A DNA stretch of 64,000 nucleotides, taken from assembly GCA_041641305.1 (NCBI GenBank), contig JBEPYN010000002.1:544001-608000 (forward strand), in the 5' to 3' direction. This document shows positions 18,946 through 28,641 of the stretch, one piece after another. The stretch is from Nitrososphaerota archaeon (GTDB lineage: Archaea > Thermoproteota > Nitrososphaeria_A > Caldarchaeales > Caldarchaeaceae). Made by a program: the position numbers and the translations under genes. Below the pieces are notes generated by a model, which worked only from the letters and a program-made list of their open reading frames with translations, was not told the DNA's origin and searched no databases. Every line of letters begins with the position of its first letter. Positions within the stretch are counted from its first letter, which is position 1.

Positions 18946-19227
18946 ATGGCTCAACAAAGCTCCGATTGGGAGTCAAAACGGCAGCAGGTTGTTCAGATAC
19001 TGGAGACAATCATAAACGACACGGACACTCCCCGCAACATCCGCAGAATCGCTAAACAGGCCTCCACAGAGCTTTTTAACGAAAAACTCAAGCCAGCAGT
19101 AAGAGCAGCAAACTCAATCGACCTCATCGAGGAAATAATTAACGACCCCAACATGCCATCATTCACGAGAACACAGCTCTGGATGGCGATAAGCATACTC
19201 GAAACAATCCGCTCGTCACAATCCTAG
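18946..19227 (+). CDS. UPF0147 family protein
   Basis: DTDTPRNIRR, VRAANSI, DPNMPSFTRTQLW. Confidence 0.88.
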   Translation: MAQQSSDWESKRQQVVQILETIINDTDTPRNIRRIAKQASTELFNEKLKPAVRAANSIDLIEEIINDPNMPSFTRTQLWMAISILETIRSSQS

Positions 19228-19298
19228 TACAGATAAAAAGGTAAAATTCCGCACCACTAAGAAAAAGATAAACAAATACAATCCATAGGTGAAGTTCT

Positions 19299-20681
19299 TT
19301 GAACAATCTGGTAAAGTATGCAGCGATAATTGCGGCGGTCGCAGCCCTAGGCTATTTTATGGGACTAAACACTAGGCAGTTGGCTTCGCTCATAGTTCTC
19401 GGCGGAATGATAGGCGCCACGTTGATGTTTTGGAGGTTTAGGCTTGTCTTCGCATTCTTCGCCCTCACAATAATGCTTGGAACAGACCTGCTTGAGACAG
19501 ATTTGCTCATAGAATTCGCTCACATAGACACCATATTGTTCCTCGCGACGATGATGGTTGTAGTGGGCTATCTCGAGGAAGCCCGGTTCTTCGAAGTACT
19601 GATAGATAAGCTTCTCGCCTTCGTGGGAAACAGACCCAGAACCCTCGTGATTTTCTTTATGGCGATGTCGGCCCTGCTCGCGGCTTTGGTAGATGAGGTC
19701 ACCTCAATCCTCATCATGACAGCTGTCCTCCTCGACTTCACATCCCGCTACAACCTCAACCCAATCAGATTCATACTACTATCCATATTCGCAACCAACA
19801 TAGGGAGCTCGGCAACGGTTGTCGGCAACCCAGTCGGAGTCGTGATAGCTTTCCAAGCTGGACTTGGTTTTCTCGACTTCCTCAGATGGGCTACGCCAAT
19901 CTCCATCGTTTCGCTTGTTCTATGCATGGCGATGGTGTTGATTGTTTTCCGCAAAGACATAGAGCAGCTTAGACAGGCTATGGCATCTATCAAATTGGAG
20001 GCCCCAGCAGCCGAAGTAGCTGATGGGGGACAGCGGGTTGATATCAGGCTGCCTGCCGTGATTTTTCTCGCAACAATCACCGGCTTAATTCTTCACACAC
20101 CTATTGAGCAAGCTTTCGGACTCGGCAAAAACTCGATGCTTCTCGGTGTTCCTTTCCTGTTCTCTGGAATAGTGCTTTTACTTGAACGACAAAGAGCAAG
20201 AGAGCTGGTTGAGCGTAGAATCGACTGGTGGACCCTCCTCTTCTTCATGATTTTCTTCGCGAGTGTTGGTACTCTCAGCCACACTGGCGCGACCGAGGTG
20301 TTCGCAAGCCTCATACTGACCAACGTTGGCGAATCATCTTTCGCGCTAACCATAGTTGTCATGCTTGCCGCGGGGCTGATGTCGGCTTTCATGGACAACG
20401 TCCTCGCCGTGGCAACCTGGATACCTATAATCAAGACGTTAGGCGAGTTAGGGGTGAACGTTTTCCCACTTTGGTGGACCATGCTCTTCGCCGGCACATT
20501 CTGGGGCAACTTAACCGTGGTGGGAAGCACGGCGAACATCGTTGCCGTAGGAATGCTGGAGCGTCGAGAACGTATACACATAACTCTCAGACAGTGGATA
20601 GGAGTCGGCGCGGCAATCACGCTACCTACCATGGCTCTTGCCCTGATACTAATTCTCCTCCAGTTACCTCTGATGACTTAG
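19299..20681 (+). CDS. ArsB/NhaD/SLC13 (ion transporter superfamily) permease
   Basis: VDEVTSI, ATNIGSSATVVGNP, SAFMDNV, GNLTVVGSTANIV. Confidence 0.85.
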   Translation: MNNLVKYAAIIAAVAALGYFMGLNTRQLASLIVLGGMIGATLMFWRFRLVFAFFALTIMLGTDLLETDLLIEFAHIDTILFLATMMVVVGYLEEARFFEVLIDKLLAFVGNRPRTLVIFFMAMSALLAALVDEVTSILIMTAVLLDFTSRYNLNPIRFILLSIFATNIGSSATVVGNPVGVVIAFQAGLGFLDFLRWATPISIVSLVLCMAMVLIVFRKDIEQLRQAMASIKLEAPAAEVADGGQRVDIRLPAVIFLATITGLILHTPIEQAFGLGKNSMLLGVPFLFSGIVLLLERQRARELVERRIDWWTLLFFMIFFASVGTLSHTGATEVFASLILTNVGESSFALTIVVMLAAGLMSAFMDNVLAVATWIPIIKTLGELGVNVFPLWWTMLFAGTFWGNLTVVGSTANIVAVGMLERRERIHITLRQWIGVGAAITLPTMALALILILLQLPLMT

Positions 20682-20923
20682 TCAGTGCTGGGCTTAGCCA
20701 CTATAACAATTTCCTCTTTCTTCTTTGTGACCCAAATCTCGTAGCCATGCTTCAGCAGAGTAGCCAAACAGTCGTGCCACGGAAAATACGCAGGGTCTCT
20801 AACAGTAATCTCGAAACCGCCGTACTCTGTTTTGACGTCACCGGTTTTTCCAACCTGCACCTCCAAACAAGTTTTGAGATCAGCTGCCGGAACCACAGAT
20901 TCTTGGTTCAAACTCCGTATCAT
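20678..20923 (-). CDS. Hypothetical protein
   Basis: ATG-start ORF filling the intergenic gap; plausible composition. Confidence 0.55.
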   Translation of the reverse strand: MIRSLNQESVVPAADLKTCLEVQVGKTGDVKTEYGGFEITVRDPAYFPWHDCLATLLKHGYEIWVTKKKEEIVIVAKPSTD

Positions 20924-20993
20924 TGACTTTATAGTCGGTATTTAACCACTACCACTTACTCTTTTATACAACAAAGTCATCATACCGGACAAG

Positions 20994-21824
20994 TTGCCGA
21001 CAACCGTGGCCTTCCAGGGTGAAAAAGGCGCCTACAGCGAAGAAGCCATTCTGCATTTTTTCGGCAGCGAGGTTCAGACGCTGCCCTGCAGAAGCATCCG
21101 CGAGGTTTTCAAGAACTGTGAGGCCAGGGTTGTGGACTATGGCGTGGTCCCGGTGGAGAACAGCATAGAGGGAAGCGTATTCGAGACATATGACATGTTC
21201 CTCAGCTCAAGCGTCAAAGCAGTTGGTGAAATCATTCTCAGGATACGTCACTGCCTAATCGCGTTACCCGATGTCTCGCTCAACGAAGTCGAGACAGTCT
21301 ACTCACATCCACAGGCTCTTGCACAGTGTCGTGGATATCTTCAGTCGCTCGGTGTATCTGTCGAGGTTACATATGATACAGCCGGCAGCGTGAAGATGAT
21401 TAAGGAGAGGGGGTTAAGGAATGCTGCTGCTGTTGCGAGCGAGAGGGCCGCGGAAATCTATGGCATGAAGGTTCTTGCTAAAGGGATAGAGGACTATGGC
21501 CACAACTATACACGTTTCCTCGTAATATCCGTGAAAGAGGCGCTTCATTCCCCCAACAGCAAAACATCCATCATCTTCTCCACAGCCCACAAGCCCGGAG
21601 CGCTCTACAACGCACTCGGAGCATTCGCGAGAAACGGGATAAACCTCACCAAGATAGAGTCACGGCCCACCCGGCAGAGGCCATGGGAGTATTACTTTTT
21701 CGTGGACTTCGAGGGTCATCAAGAAGATGAAAATGTGAAGAAAGCGTTGGCGGAGCTGGTCTCCTACGCATCCTTCATTAAAATCCTCGGCTCTTATCCA
21801 CGCGCGTCCACCGACTTATCCTGA
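20994..21824 (+). CDS. pheA: Prephenate dehydratase
   Basis: FQGEKGAYSE, VPVENSIEGSV, SHPQALAQC, NYTRF, NLTKIESRP, LGSYP. Confidence 0.95.
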   Translation: MPTTVAFQGEKGAYSEEAILHFFGSEVQTLPCRSIREVFKNCEARVVDYGVVPVENSIEGSVFETYDMFLSSSVKAVGEIILRIRHCLIALPDVSLNEVETVYSHPQALAQCRGYLQSLGVSVEVTYDTAGSVKMIKERGLRNAAAVASERAAEIYGMKVLAKGIEDYGHNYTRFLVISVKEALHSPNSKTSIIFSTAHKPGALYNALGAFARNGINLTKIESRPTRQRPWEYYFFVDFEGHQEDENVKKALAELVSYASFIKILGSYPRASTDLS

Positions 21825-22706
21825 CCCGATCCTTACGTTACAGAGTTTTTCGAGAACCTCTACCAAGGCTTGTGTACCATTTTCGCCGTGGCCCATTTCA
21901 TCCAGTGTTTTAATCAGCTCGGACACGAGCGCTATGCCTGGTAGGCAGAGGCCGAGGCTTTCGGCTGTTTCTCGGACAAACCGCAGGTCTTTCCTGAGAT
22001 GCTTGACCTTGAAACCCGGTCTCCAGTCTCTCACAACCATTCTTGGCCCGAGGTTGCTTAGCTGCCAGGAGCCGCCCGCCCCAGTTGAGATCACTTCTAT
22101 TACCCGCTTCAAGTCAAGCCCTGCTTTTGCCGCGATCATGAGGGTTTCACATACGCCGAGGAGGTTGAGCGAGACAGCCACCTGATTGCATAGCTTGGTG
22201 AAGCTTCCCGAGCCCGATTCACCCATGTAGTAGATGTTTTTCCCCATGGCTTCGAAGACGGGCCGCATTTTCTCGAAGACCTCGGGTTTGCCCCCCACCA
22301 TTATCGTGAGGGTTCCCTGCTCAGCGGCCATCGTGCTCCCCGAAACAGGTGCGTCAAGCATTTCTCCACCCCTTTCCTCGACACGGCGCATCATCTGCTT
22401 TGAGAAACCTGGAGAAACAGTTGACATATCGACCACGACACAGCCAGGTGCCATGCCTTCCAAAACACCGTTCTGCCCCAGCAGAACCTGCTCAACAGCC
22501 TTCTCATCGGGCAGCATGGTTATGACGCATTCCGAGAGCTTAGCCACCTCCCTCGGTGAACCACATGGAGTGGCTCCGAGAGAGGCCAGCTCATCAACAG
22601 GTACCCTGCTCCTGTTAAACACAGCCAGCTTGAAGCCGTGCCGCAGAAGATTCTTAGCCATCGGCTTCCCCATGAGACCAAGCCCTATGAACCCAACCCG
22701 CTCCAT
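21816..22706 (-). CDS. Beta-hydroxyacid dehydrogenase (2-hydroxy-3-oxopropionate reductase/3-hydroxyisobutyrate dehydrogenase family)
   Basis: GFIGLGLMG, DMST, DAPVSG, TKLCNQ, KDL; likely ATG start 22706. Confidence 0.9.
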   Translation of the reverse strand: MERVGFIGLGLMGKPMAKNLLRHGFKLAVFNRSRVPVDELASLGATPCGSPREVAKLSECVITMLPDEKAVEQVLLGQNGVLEGMAPGCVVVDMSTVSPGFSKQMMRRVEERGGEMLDAPVSGSTMAAEQGTLTIMVGGKPEVFEKMRPVFEAMGKNIYYMGESGSGSFTKLCNQVAVSLNLLGVCETLMIAAKAGLDLKRVIEVISTGAGGSWQLSNLGPRMVVRDWRPGFKVKHLRKDLRFVRETAESLGLCLPGIALVSELIKTLDEMGHGENGTQALVEVLEKLCNVRIGSG

Positions 22707-22782
22707 GCAAATGCATACCTGAGAGGCGGTATGTAGGTTTTTTACATGGTATTCCACGGAATTTCTTGCGCTGAACAAAGTA

Positions 22783-23478
22783 ATGAAGCAGCGTATACAG
22801 CAGCAGTACCCCCTGCCTGTTAGGGTCGAGGATTTGGCGAGCCTCGTAAGACTGGCTTCTTCTCGGTGGGACTATATGCCGCATCTCATAGCCTTTCAAC
22901 ATCTTCAGCAAACCGTGGTCGCGTATCTTCAGACGATGCCTCTGGGCAAGGTGAGCATACCTATGCTTTTCCACACCGTTGTGCAGGAACCCGTGAAAAA
23001 ATACGTCGTCTACACAGCTTTGGAGAAAGAGGAGACAAGGTTATCAGACCACCCCGAGACAGGGCGTTACGTCTCCTACCCAATAATCCACGTAGACCCT
23101 CCGCCCCGAATCATGGAAAAAGCGATAACCAGCAAACCCGGCAGAAAACTTCGCGGCATCGAAAAAATTAGAGTAAAGGGCCTTGACTCAATTATGCGGC
23201 TGGTTTCGGCGATGACTGACGAGTCGTTCAGCCCACCGGTGTGGTGCTACAGGTCCAAAAACGGCTACAGCCTCTCCGTCCTATACCCCGTCTACGAATA
23301 CTACGACTCGATAGCCCTCCCCTTCCTGTACTATATTGAAATAGCGCAGAAACCGCCAGCGCCTTTCATCGCATACTCGCCCACACTTGAACGAGAGAGC
23401 ATACGCTACACAGACTCCGTCTCCGACACACGCTATTTCTACGGACGGCTGGTGTTCCTCGAAAACTTCATCGTTTAG
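22783..23478 (+). CDS. Conserved hypothetical protein with an internal tandem duplication
   Basis: The two halves share the pattern V.V..L.S..RL.S...P..(F/Y)...(Y/F)..Y....E..R..D......Y..Y. Confidence 0.65.
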   Translation: MKQRIQQQYPLPVRVEDLASLVRLASSRWDYMPHLIAFQHLQQTVVAYLQTMPLGKVSIPMLFHTVVQEPVKKYVVYTALEKEETRLSDHPETGRYVSYPIIHVDPPPRIMEKAITSKPGRKLRGIEKIRVKGLDSIMRLVSAMTDESFSPPVWCYRSKNGYSLSVLYPVYEYYDSIALPFLYYIEIAQKPPAPFIAYSPTLERESIRYTDSVSDTRYFYGRLVFLENFIV

Positions 23479-23617
23479 ACTCCCACAGCTCCTTCCTCAG
23501 AAGGTCCCGCACAGCGGTCCTCATAAGAGCGCTACGGCTCGGATAAACACCTTTCTTAATCAACTCATCCATACCATCAATCAGTGCCTCAGGCATCTTC
23601 ACCGAGATCAGCTTCAT
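23468..23617 (-). CDS. Ribbon-helix-helix (CopG/CdrS/aCcr1-like) regulator, 49 aa; missing from ORF track
   Basis: Translated by hand: MKLISVKMPEALIDGMDELIKKGVYPSRSALMRTAVRDLLRKELWESKR*; TATATA upstream at about 23645-23650. Confidence 0.9.
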   Translation of the reverse strand: MKLISVKMPEALIDGMDELIKKGVYPSRSALMRTAVRDLLRKELWESKR

Positions 23618-23723
23618 ATCGGCAAGCGTATTACCCGGAGGCAGTATATATCTATGACGCGGTTGAGGGTAAGGAAAACTCTATAAAAAACCAGAGGACC
23701 CGCATAGTTAGGGTGAATGTATT

Positions 23724-25379
23724 ATGGCAGCAACAGTTGGAACAGCTACTCAACCTGTTATCATTTTGAAGGAAGGAGCCAAGCGGATGCGTGGAAGAGA
23801 GGTTCAGAGCGCCAACATAATGGTGGCCAAGATAATCGCGGAGACCATGAAGTCTTCGCTGGGGCCCCGTGGCATGGACAAAATGCTCGTCGACAGCTTC
23901 GGAGACATCGTCATCACAAATGACGGCGCAACCATTCTCAAGGAGATGGATGTTGAGCATCCAGTGGCCAAGATGCTGGTGGAGGTTTCCAAGGCGCAGG
24001 ACGAGGAGGTCGGAGACGGAACAACATCAACCGTCGTGCTGGCCGGTGAGTTGTTGACGAAAGCGGAGGAGCTCATTGAGAAGGAGGTTCATCCAACCGT
24101 CATCATCGAGGGCTATCGGAAAGCGGCGGTAAAAGCTCTGGAAATCCTCGACGAAATAGGTGTAAAAGTCGACCCAACCGACAAGGCTCTTCTCAAAAAA
24201 GTGGCCAAGACCTCGATGATCAGCAAGCTGGTGGCCGAGGAGGCGGACTACCTGGCCAACCTTGTTGTGGAGGCTGTGACGAGGATAGCCGAAAAAGTCG
24301 GAGACAAATGGGTTGTGGACCTCGACGACATCAAGCTGGAGAAGAAGGAGGGTCAGTCGCTTCATGAAACGCAGCTCATCGAAGGCGTTGTGTTGGACAA
24401 GGAGGTTGTCCACCCCGACATGCCCAAGCTTGTCCGCAACGCGAAAATCGCCCTCCTCGACGCGGCTCTAGAAATCGAGAAGACAGAGTTCGACGCCAAG
24501 CTGAACATCGAGTCACCTGAGCAGATGCGCGCGTTCATGAAGCAGGAGGAGGACATGCTGCGGCAGATGGTTGAGAAGATAACATCGACGGGGGCCAACG
24601 TGGTGCTGTGCCAGAAAGGTATCGATGATTTGGCGCAGTATTTCCTGGCTAAGAAAGGCGTGCTCGCCGTCAGGAGGATAAAGAAGAGCGACATGGACAA
24701 GCTGGCCAAGGCCACCAAGGGTCGCGTCATCTCCCGTATCGATGACCTTACTCCTGAGGACCTTGGCAAGGCGGCTCTTGTCGAGGAGAGAAGGGTCGGT
24801 GAGGATAAGATGGTTTTCATAGAGGGCTGCGAGAACCCGCGCTCACTAACCATTCTCATACGCGGCGGAACACAGAGGATAGTTGACGAGGCGGAGAGGT
24901 CTCTGAAAGACGCTATCAACGTTGTGAAGGACGTGATTGTCGAAGGCAAGGTGATTTCGGGAGGAGGAGCAGCCGAGCTGGAGACAGCGCTGCGGCTGAG
25001 GGATTACGCCAAAAGCCTACCCGGCAAGGAGCAGCTTGCTGTAAACAAGTTTGCCGAGGCCCTCGAGGCTATACCGTCTCAGCTGGCGGAGAGCTGCGGA
25101 ATGGACCCGATAGAGGCCATTGTCAACCTGACCTCCAAACACAAAGAGGGAAACATCAACTATGGAATCAACGTTTTCAAGTCAGAGCTCGCCGACATGA
25201 AGCAGCTCGAAGTCATAGACCCGCTTCTCGTCAAGAAACAGACCATAAAATCCGCCGTCGAAGCCGCCGCTATGATTCTGAAGATCGACGACATCATAGC
25301 TGCGTCGAGGCTGGAGACACCCGGAGCAGGTAAGAAAGGAGAGAAGGAAGAAGGCGGAGTTGGCGAGTCAGAAGACTGA
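23724..25379 (+). CDS. ths: Thermosome (group II chaperonin) subunit
   Basis: [37 protein letters not shown]. Confidence 0.97.
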   Translation: MAATVGTATQPVIILKEGAKRMRGREVQSANIMVAKIIAETMKSSLGPRGMDKMLVDSFGDIVITNDGATILKEMDVEHPVAKMLVEVSKAQDEEVGDGTTSTVVLAGELLTKAEELIEKEVHPTVIIEGYRKAAVKALEILDEIGVKVDPTDKALLKKVAKTSMISKLVAEEADYLANLVVEAVTRIAEKVGDKWVVDLDDIKLEKKEGQSLHETQLIEGVVLDKEVVHPDMPKLVRNAKIALLDAALEIEKTEFDAKLNIESPEQMRAFMKQEEDMLRQMVEKITSTGANVVLCQKGIDDLAQYFLAKKGVLAVRRIKKSDMDKLAKATKGRVISRIDDLTPEDLGKAALVEERRVGEDKMVFIEGCENPRSLTILIRGGTQRIVDEAERSLKDAINVVKDVIVEGKVISGGGAAELETALRLRDYAKSLPGKEQLAVNKFAEALEAIPSQLAESCGMDPIEAIVNLTSKHKEGNINYGINVFKSELADMKQLEVIDPLLVKKQTIKSAVEAAAMILKIDDIIAASRLETPGAGKKGEKEEGGVGESED

Positions 25380-25617
25380 ACAGAAAACGGCCCAGCTCCG
25401 CCTAACTAAATATGAAAAAGCCCGTATAATAGGCGGCCGGGCCCTTCAACTCTCTCTTGGCGCCTTCCCGCTAGTAGAGGTTTTACCGGGGGATAGCAAC
25501 ATCGACATAGCCAAACGAGAGTTCGAGCGCGGCATCCTCCCTATCATTATTCGGCGCAAAAGAGTCGACGGCAGCTATGTAGATATTCCGCTCAAAGAGT
25601 TGCTGAAGAATGGTTGA
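25360..25617 (+). CDS. rpoK: DNA-directed RNA polymerase subunit K (Rpo6)
   Basis: [21 protein letters not shown]...IAKREF..G.LPIIIRR. Confidence 0.93.
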   Translation: MASQKTEQKTAQLRLTKYEKARIIGGRALQLSLGAFPLVEVLPGDSNIDIAKREFERGILPIIIRRKRVDGSYVDIPLKELLKNG

Positions 25618-25807
25618 CGTTGATGAACGTGGCTGGAGGGACGCGTTCACACTTCTTGTCGCAGTGGCTTTTCTCCTTTTTGCTCTTGATGTGTTAGCCG
25701 GGTTCCAGCTTACTTTTCAGTTTGTATTATTCGCGGTGTATTTCCCGATTTTTTTCTCAGGGGCCGTTTACCTGTTTAAGCGTTTGAAGAGATTGCGCAA
25801 GTATTAG
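25610..25807 (+). CDS. Small 2-TM membrane protein
   Basis: Two hydrophobic segments and a basic tail; overlaps the rpoK stop. Confidence 0.5.
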   Translation: MVDVDERGWRDAFTLLVAVAFLLFALDVLAGFQLTFQFVLFAVYFPIFFSGAVYLFKRLKRLRKY

Positions 25808-25863
25808 CTACAGGATTCTGTGGTAATAATAATGTGGAAATCGACATACAGTGATAAAAGATA

Positions 25864-26979
25864 GTGATTTTTCCTCCTGAACAGATGTTTCGCAGCGGGG
25901 TAAAGGACCTTAGGGGATGGAGTGGAAGAACAGCACGTTTTCACTACAACAGGTCCCGCGAGATAATCAACGAGGTTGTCCACTCTTTCCTTGACTTGTA
26001 TGGCCCCGAAGAGCTTGTCCAAGGATTCGCAGAACCTTTCTTCACAGACTTCGTCATTACAGCAGCGGGCTTAGATGACACATCTGCGGACTCGACACTT
26101 TTTATGGGCTCCGTGTTGAAAGAGGTCATCAGTCCGCGTGATGGAGCCGCTGTGCTGGGCGGCAAGTTTGCCACAAGGTTCAGAATTCCGAATGAATTGC
26201 CCGAGGTAGCGAGGCTCTTCGGGTTTTCCGACACGATGGTCGAGCGTCTTCTATACTGCAGCAGAATGGTGGCCAAAACAGATAGCGTAGCTCTACAAGA
26301 TGGCTTCGACCTCTATTTTCACATGATGATTCTGTCGAGCACCGGTGTTTGGACAGTTATTCAACAGAGCATCAACCCCTACACTTTTGCTGTCCGACGC
26401 TATCACTGGTTTTCAGGCCGTGTCAAAAGTTTTGTCGACGAGCCTCACACCGGTATAATTTGCGACGAGATAAGGCAGCGTGTTCTAGACATGACCGCCA
26501 AAGCCAGCAGCGAATCACGGCAAGCATCACTTGAAATTCTTGAGAGAGATGCGGCTAAACTTCAGCGGCTCCACATGTTCGGCCGTCTCACAAACCAGAC
26601 AACCCTAGACGACGAGGGGAAAAGTGTGGCAGATTTCCTGAAGCCGATGGAGAAGATAAACTGGGCGCTTGTCTACAAGCTGGGGGAGCAGCGGCCCGAA
26701 TCATACGAGGAGCTGCTGGCAGTGAAGCAGGTTGGCCGCGGTATTGTCAGGCTGCTCGCCTTCGGAGTCTACATGATGTATGGAGTGAAGCCCAGCCTAC
26801 GTGACCCAGCCTACCCAGCTTCACAGTATACCGCAAAATATGAAGAGTCGTATTTTCTGTGGCGTCTGCAGCAGCTGGTTGACGCGATAAAGTCGTCGAC
26901 GTTGGCGCCTGAGTTGAAGCGCTACTCTCTTCACAGACTTGGTGAGGTTTTCGGCGAGGGCGAACCTGTCTCGGCTTAA
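25864..26979 (+). CDS. DUF763 family protein, divergent paralog
   Basis: [43 protein letters not shown]. Confidence 0.82.
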   Translation: MIFPPEQMFRSGVKDLRGWSGRTARFHYNRSREIINEVVHSFLDLYGPEELVQGFAEPFFTDFVITAAGLDDTSADSTLFMGSVLKEVISPRDGAAVLGGKFATRFRIPNELPEVARLFGFSDTMVERLLYCSRMVAKTDSVALQDGFDLYFHMMILSSTGVWTVIQQSINPYTFAVRRYHWFSGRVKSFVDEPHTGIICDEIRQRVLDMTAKASSESRQASLEILERDAAKLQRLHMFGRLTNQTTLDDEGKSVADFLKPMEKINWALVYKLGEQRPESYEELLAVKQVGRGIVRLLAFGVYMMYGVKPSLRDPAYPASQYTAKYEESYFLWRLQQLVDAIKSSTLAPELKRYSLHRLGEVFGEGEPVSA

Positions 26980-28049
26980 GCTCTACCTGCTATGAAATCT
27001 TCGACCATTTGCCGGGCTACATCATCAGGGTATTGTCTCGGAGGCGACTTCATGAAATAGGCCGAGGGCCCCTCGAGTACTCCGCCTGTACCCCGGTCCT
27101 TCGCGATCTTGATGCATCTGATCGCGTCTATGACGACGCCCGCCGAGTTGGGGCTGTCCCATACCTCGAGCTTGACCTCTATGTTCAGAGGCGCGTTTCC
27201 GAAAGCAGACCCTTCCAGCCGAATGTAGGCCCATTTGCGGTCCTCAAGCCACGGAACATAGTCGCTGGGGCCGATGTGTATGTTTTCGGCCGATATCTCA
27301 TAGGGTATGAGGGATGTGACGGCCTGTGTTTTCGAGATTTTCTTCGACTGCAGTCTCTCCCGCTCCAGCATGTTGAGGAAATCTGTGTTTCCTCCGAAGT
27401 TTAGCTGATAGCTTCTCTCTATTTTTACGCCTCTGTCGACGAATAGTTTAGTCAAGACCCTGTGCAGAATCGTGGCGCCTACCTGCGACTTGACGTCGTC
27501 GCCTATTATTGGTATGTTGTGTTTGGCGAAGATTTCCTGCCATCGTTTCTCTCTCGCGATGAAGACCGGGATACCGTTGACGAACCCTGTCCCAGCCATC
27601 AGCGCCTGCTCAACATACCACTTGGTCGCCGACTCGCTGCCGACGGGGAGAAAATTGACCACGACATCTGCCCCCGTGCTCTTAAGGACATCTGCGACAT
27701 CTACGGTGGGCGAATCATCTTTGACGACCACGTCTTTGAGGTATTTGCCGATGCTGTCATGCGTCATCCCTCTCATAACCTCGACCCCGAGATGCGGGAC
27801 CTCGGCTAACTTGAGGGTGCAGTTGGGCTTCTGGAAAATGGCTTTGGAGAGGTCCAGCCCAACCTTGTTTCTGTCGATGTCAAAAGCCGCGACAAACTCG
27901 ATGTCGCCTACATGGTATCCGCCAAGCCTCGGATGCATGAGGCCCGGGATGAAGACATCGTCGTCCACGTCCTTGTAAAAGTATACGCCTTGCACGAGGG
28001 CTGAGGCACAGTTTCCGACACCTATTATGGCTGTCTTTATCTTGGGCAT
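26976..28049 (-). CDS. ino1: Myo-inositol-1-phosphate synthase
   Basis: [57 protein letters not shown]. Confidence 0.95.
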   Translation of the reverse strand: MPKIKTAIIGVGNCASALVQGVYFYKDVDDDVFIPGLMHPRLGGYHVGDIEFVAAFDIDRNKVGLDLSKAIFQKPNCTLKLAEVPHLGVEVMRGMTHDSIGKYLKDVVVKDDSPTVDVADVLKSTGADVVVNFLPVGSESATKWYVEQALMAGTGFVNGIPVFIAREKRWQEIFAKHNIPIIGDDVKSQVGATILHRVLTKLFVDRGVKIERSYQLNFGGNTDFLNMLERERLQSKKISKTQAVTSLIPYEISAENIHIGPSDYVPWLEDRKWAYIRLEGSAFGNAPLNIEVKLEVWDSPNSAGVVIDAIRCIKIAKDRGTGGVLEGPSAYFMKSPPRQYPDDVARQMVEDFIAGRA

Positions 28050-28097
28050 GGGTGTGGTGGGTTTCGGGCCGCTAAATACTTTACCCCCATAAAATAG

Positions 28098-28421
28098 TCA
28101 GCCCAGCCTCGAAACCAGCCCCTCTAAAAACATCTTAGCTTTTTTCAGGGTCTCCCTCCCTTTTGGGGTAAGGGTGTAGTATCTGCGGGCAGGGCCTCTG
28201 CTGCCCCTCGACTCTTCGGCGACCTGAATTAAGCCCGCTCTCTCTAGTCTGTAAAGAACGACGTATGAGGTTACTTCACCGGGTTTGAATCCGAATTCTT
28301 TCTCGATCAGCGCACGGATCTCGTAGCCGTAGAGCGGTCTTTTGCTGAGCAGGGTTAGGATGTAGAGCCACAGGTTTTCATGCGTAAGCTTCCTCACAAG
28401 CCTCTCGTAGGCCATCGTCAT
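28098..28421 (-). CDS. PadR family transcriptional regulator
   Basis: PLYGYEI, YVVLYRLERAGLI, RRYYTLTPKG. Confidence 0.9.
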   Translation of the reverse strand: MTMAYERLVRKLTHENLWLYILTLLSKRPLYGYEIRALIEKEFGFKPGEVTSYVVLYRLERAGLIQVAEESRGSRGPARRYYTLTPKGRETLKKAKMFLEGLVSRLG

Positions 28422-28491
28422 TTCACGGGGATGCGTGGATTAAAGGCTTGGCTGAGGATAGGTTGATATGCAGCGGCTACGGTGCGGGACC

Positions 28492-28641
28492 ATGGTTAAG
28501 ACGCTTGCGGTGAAGAAGAGGTTGGCTAAGGAGATGCGCCGCGCATGGTCAACGCCCGCGTGGGTTGTCGCCAAAACACGTCGAAGAGTCCGCGCCTCCA
28601 ACAGGAGAAGAAGCTGGCGCCGCTCGAAAATAAAGCCCTGA
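28492..28641 (+). CDS. rpl39e: 50S ribosomal protein L39e; missing from ORF track
   Basis: Translated by hand: MVKTLAVKKRLAKEMRRAWSTPAWVVAKTRRRVRASNRRRSWRRSKIKP*; P.WV..KT and RR.WRR signature. Confidence 0.9.
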   Translation: MVKTLAVKKRLAKEMRRAWSTPAWVVAKTRRRVRASNRRRSWRRSKIKP

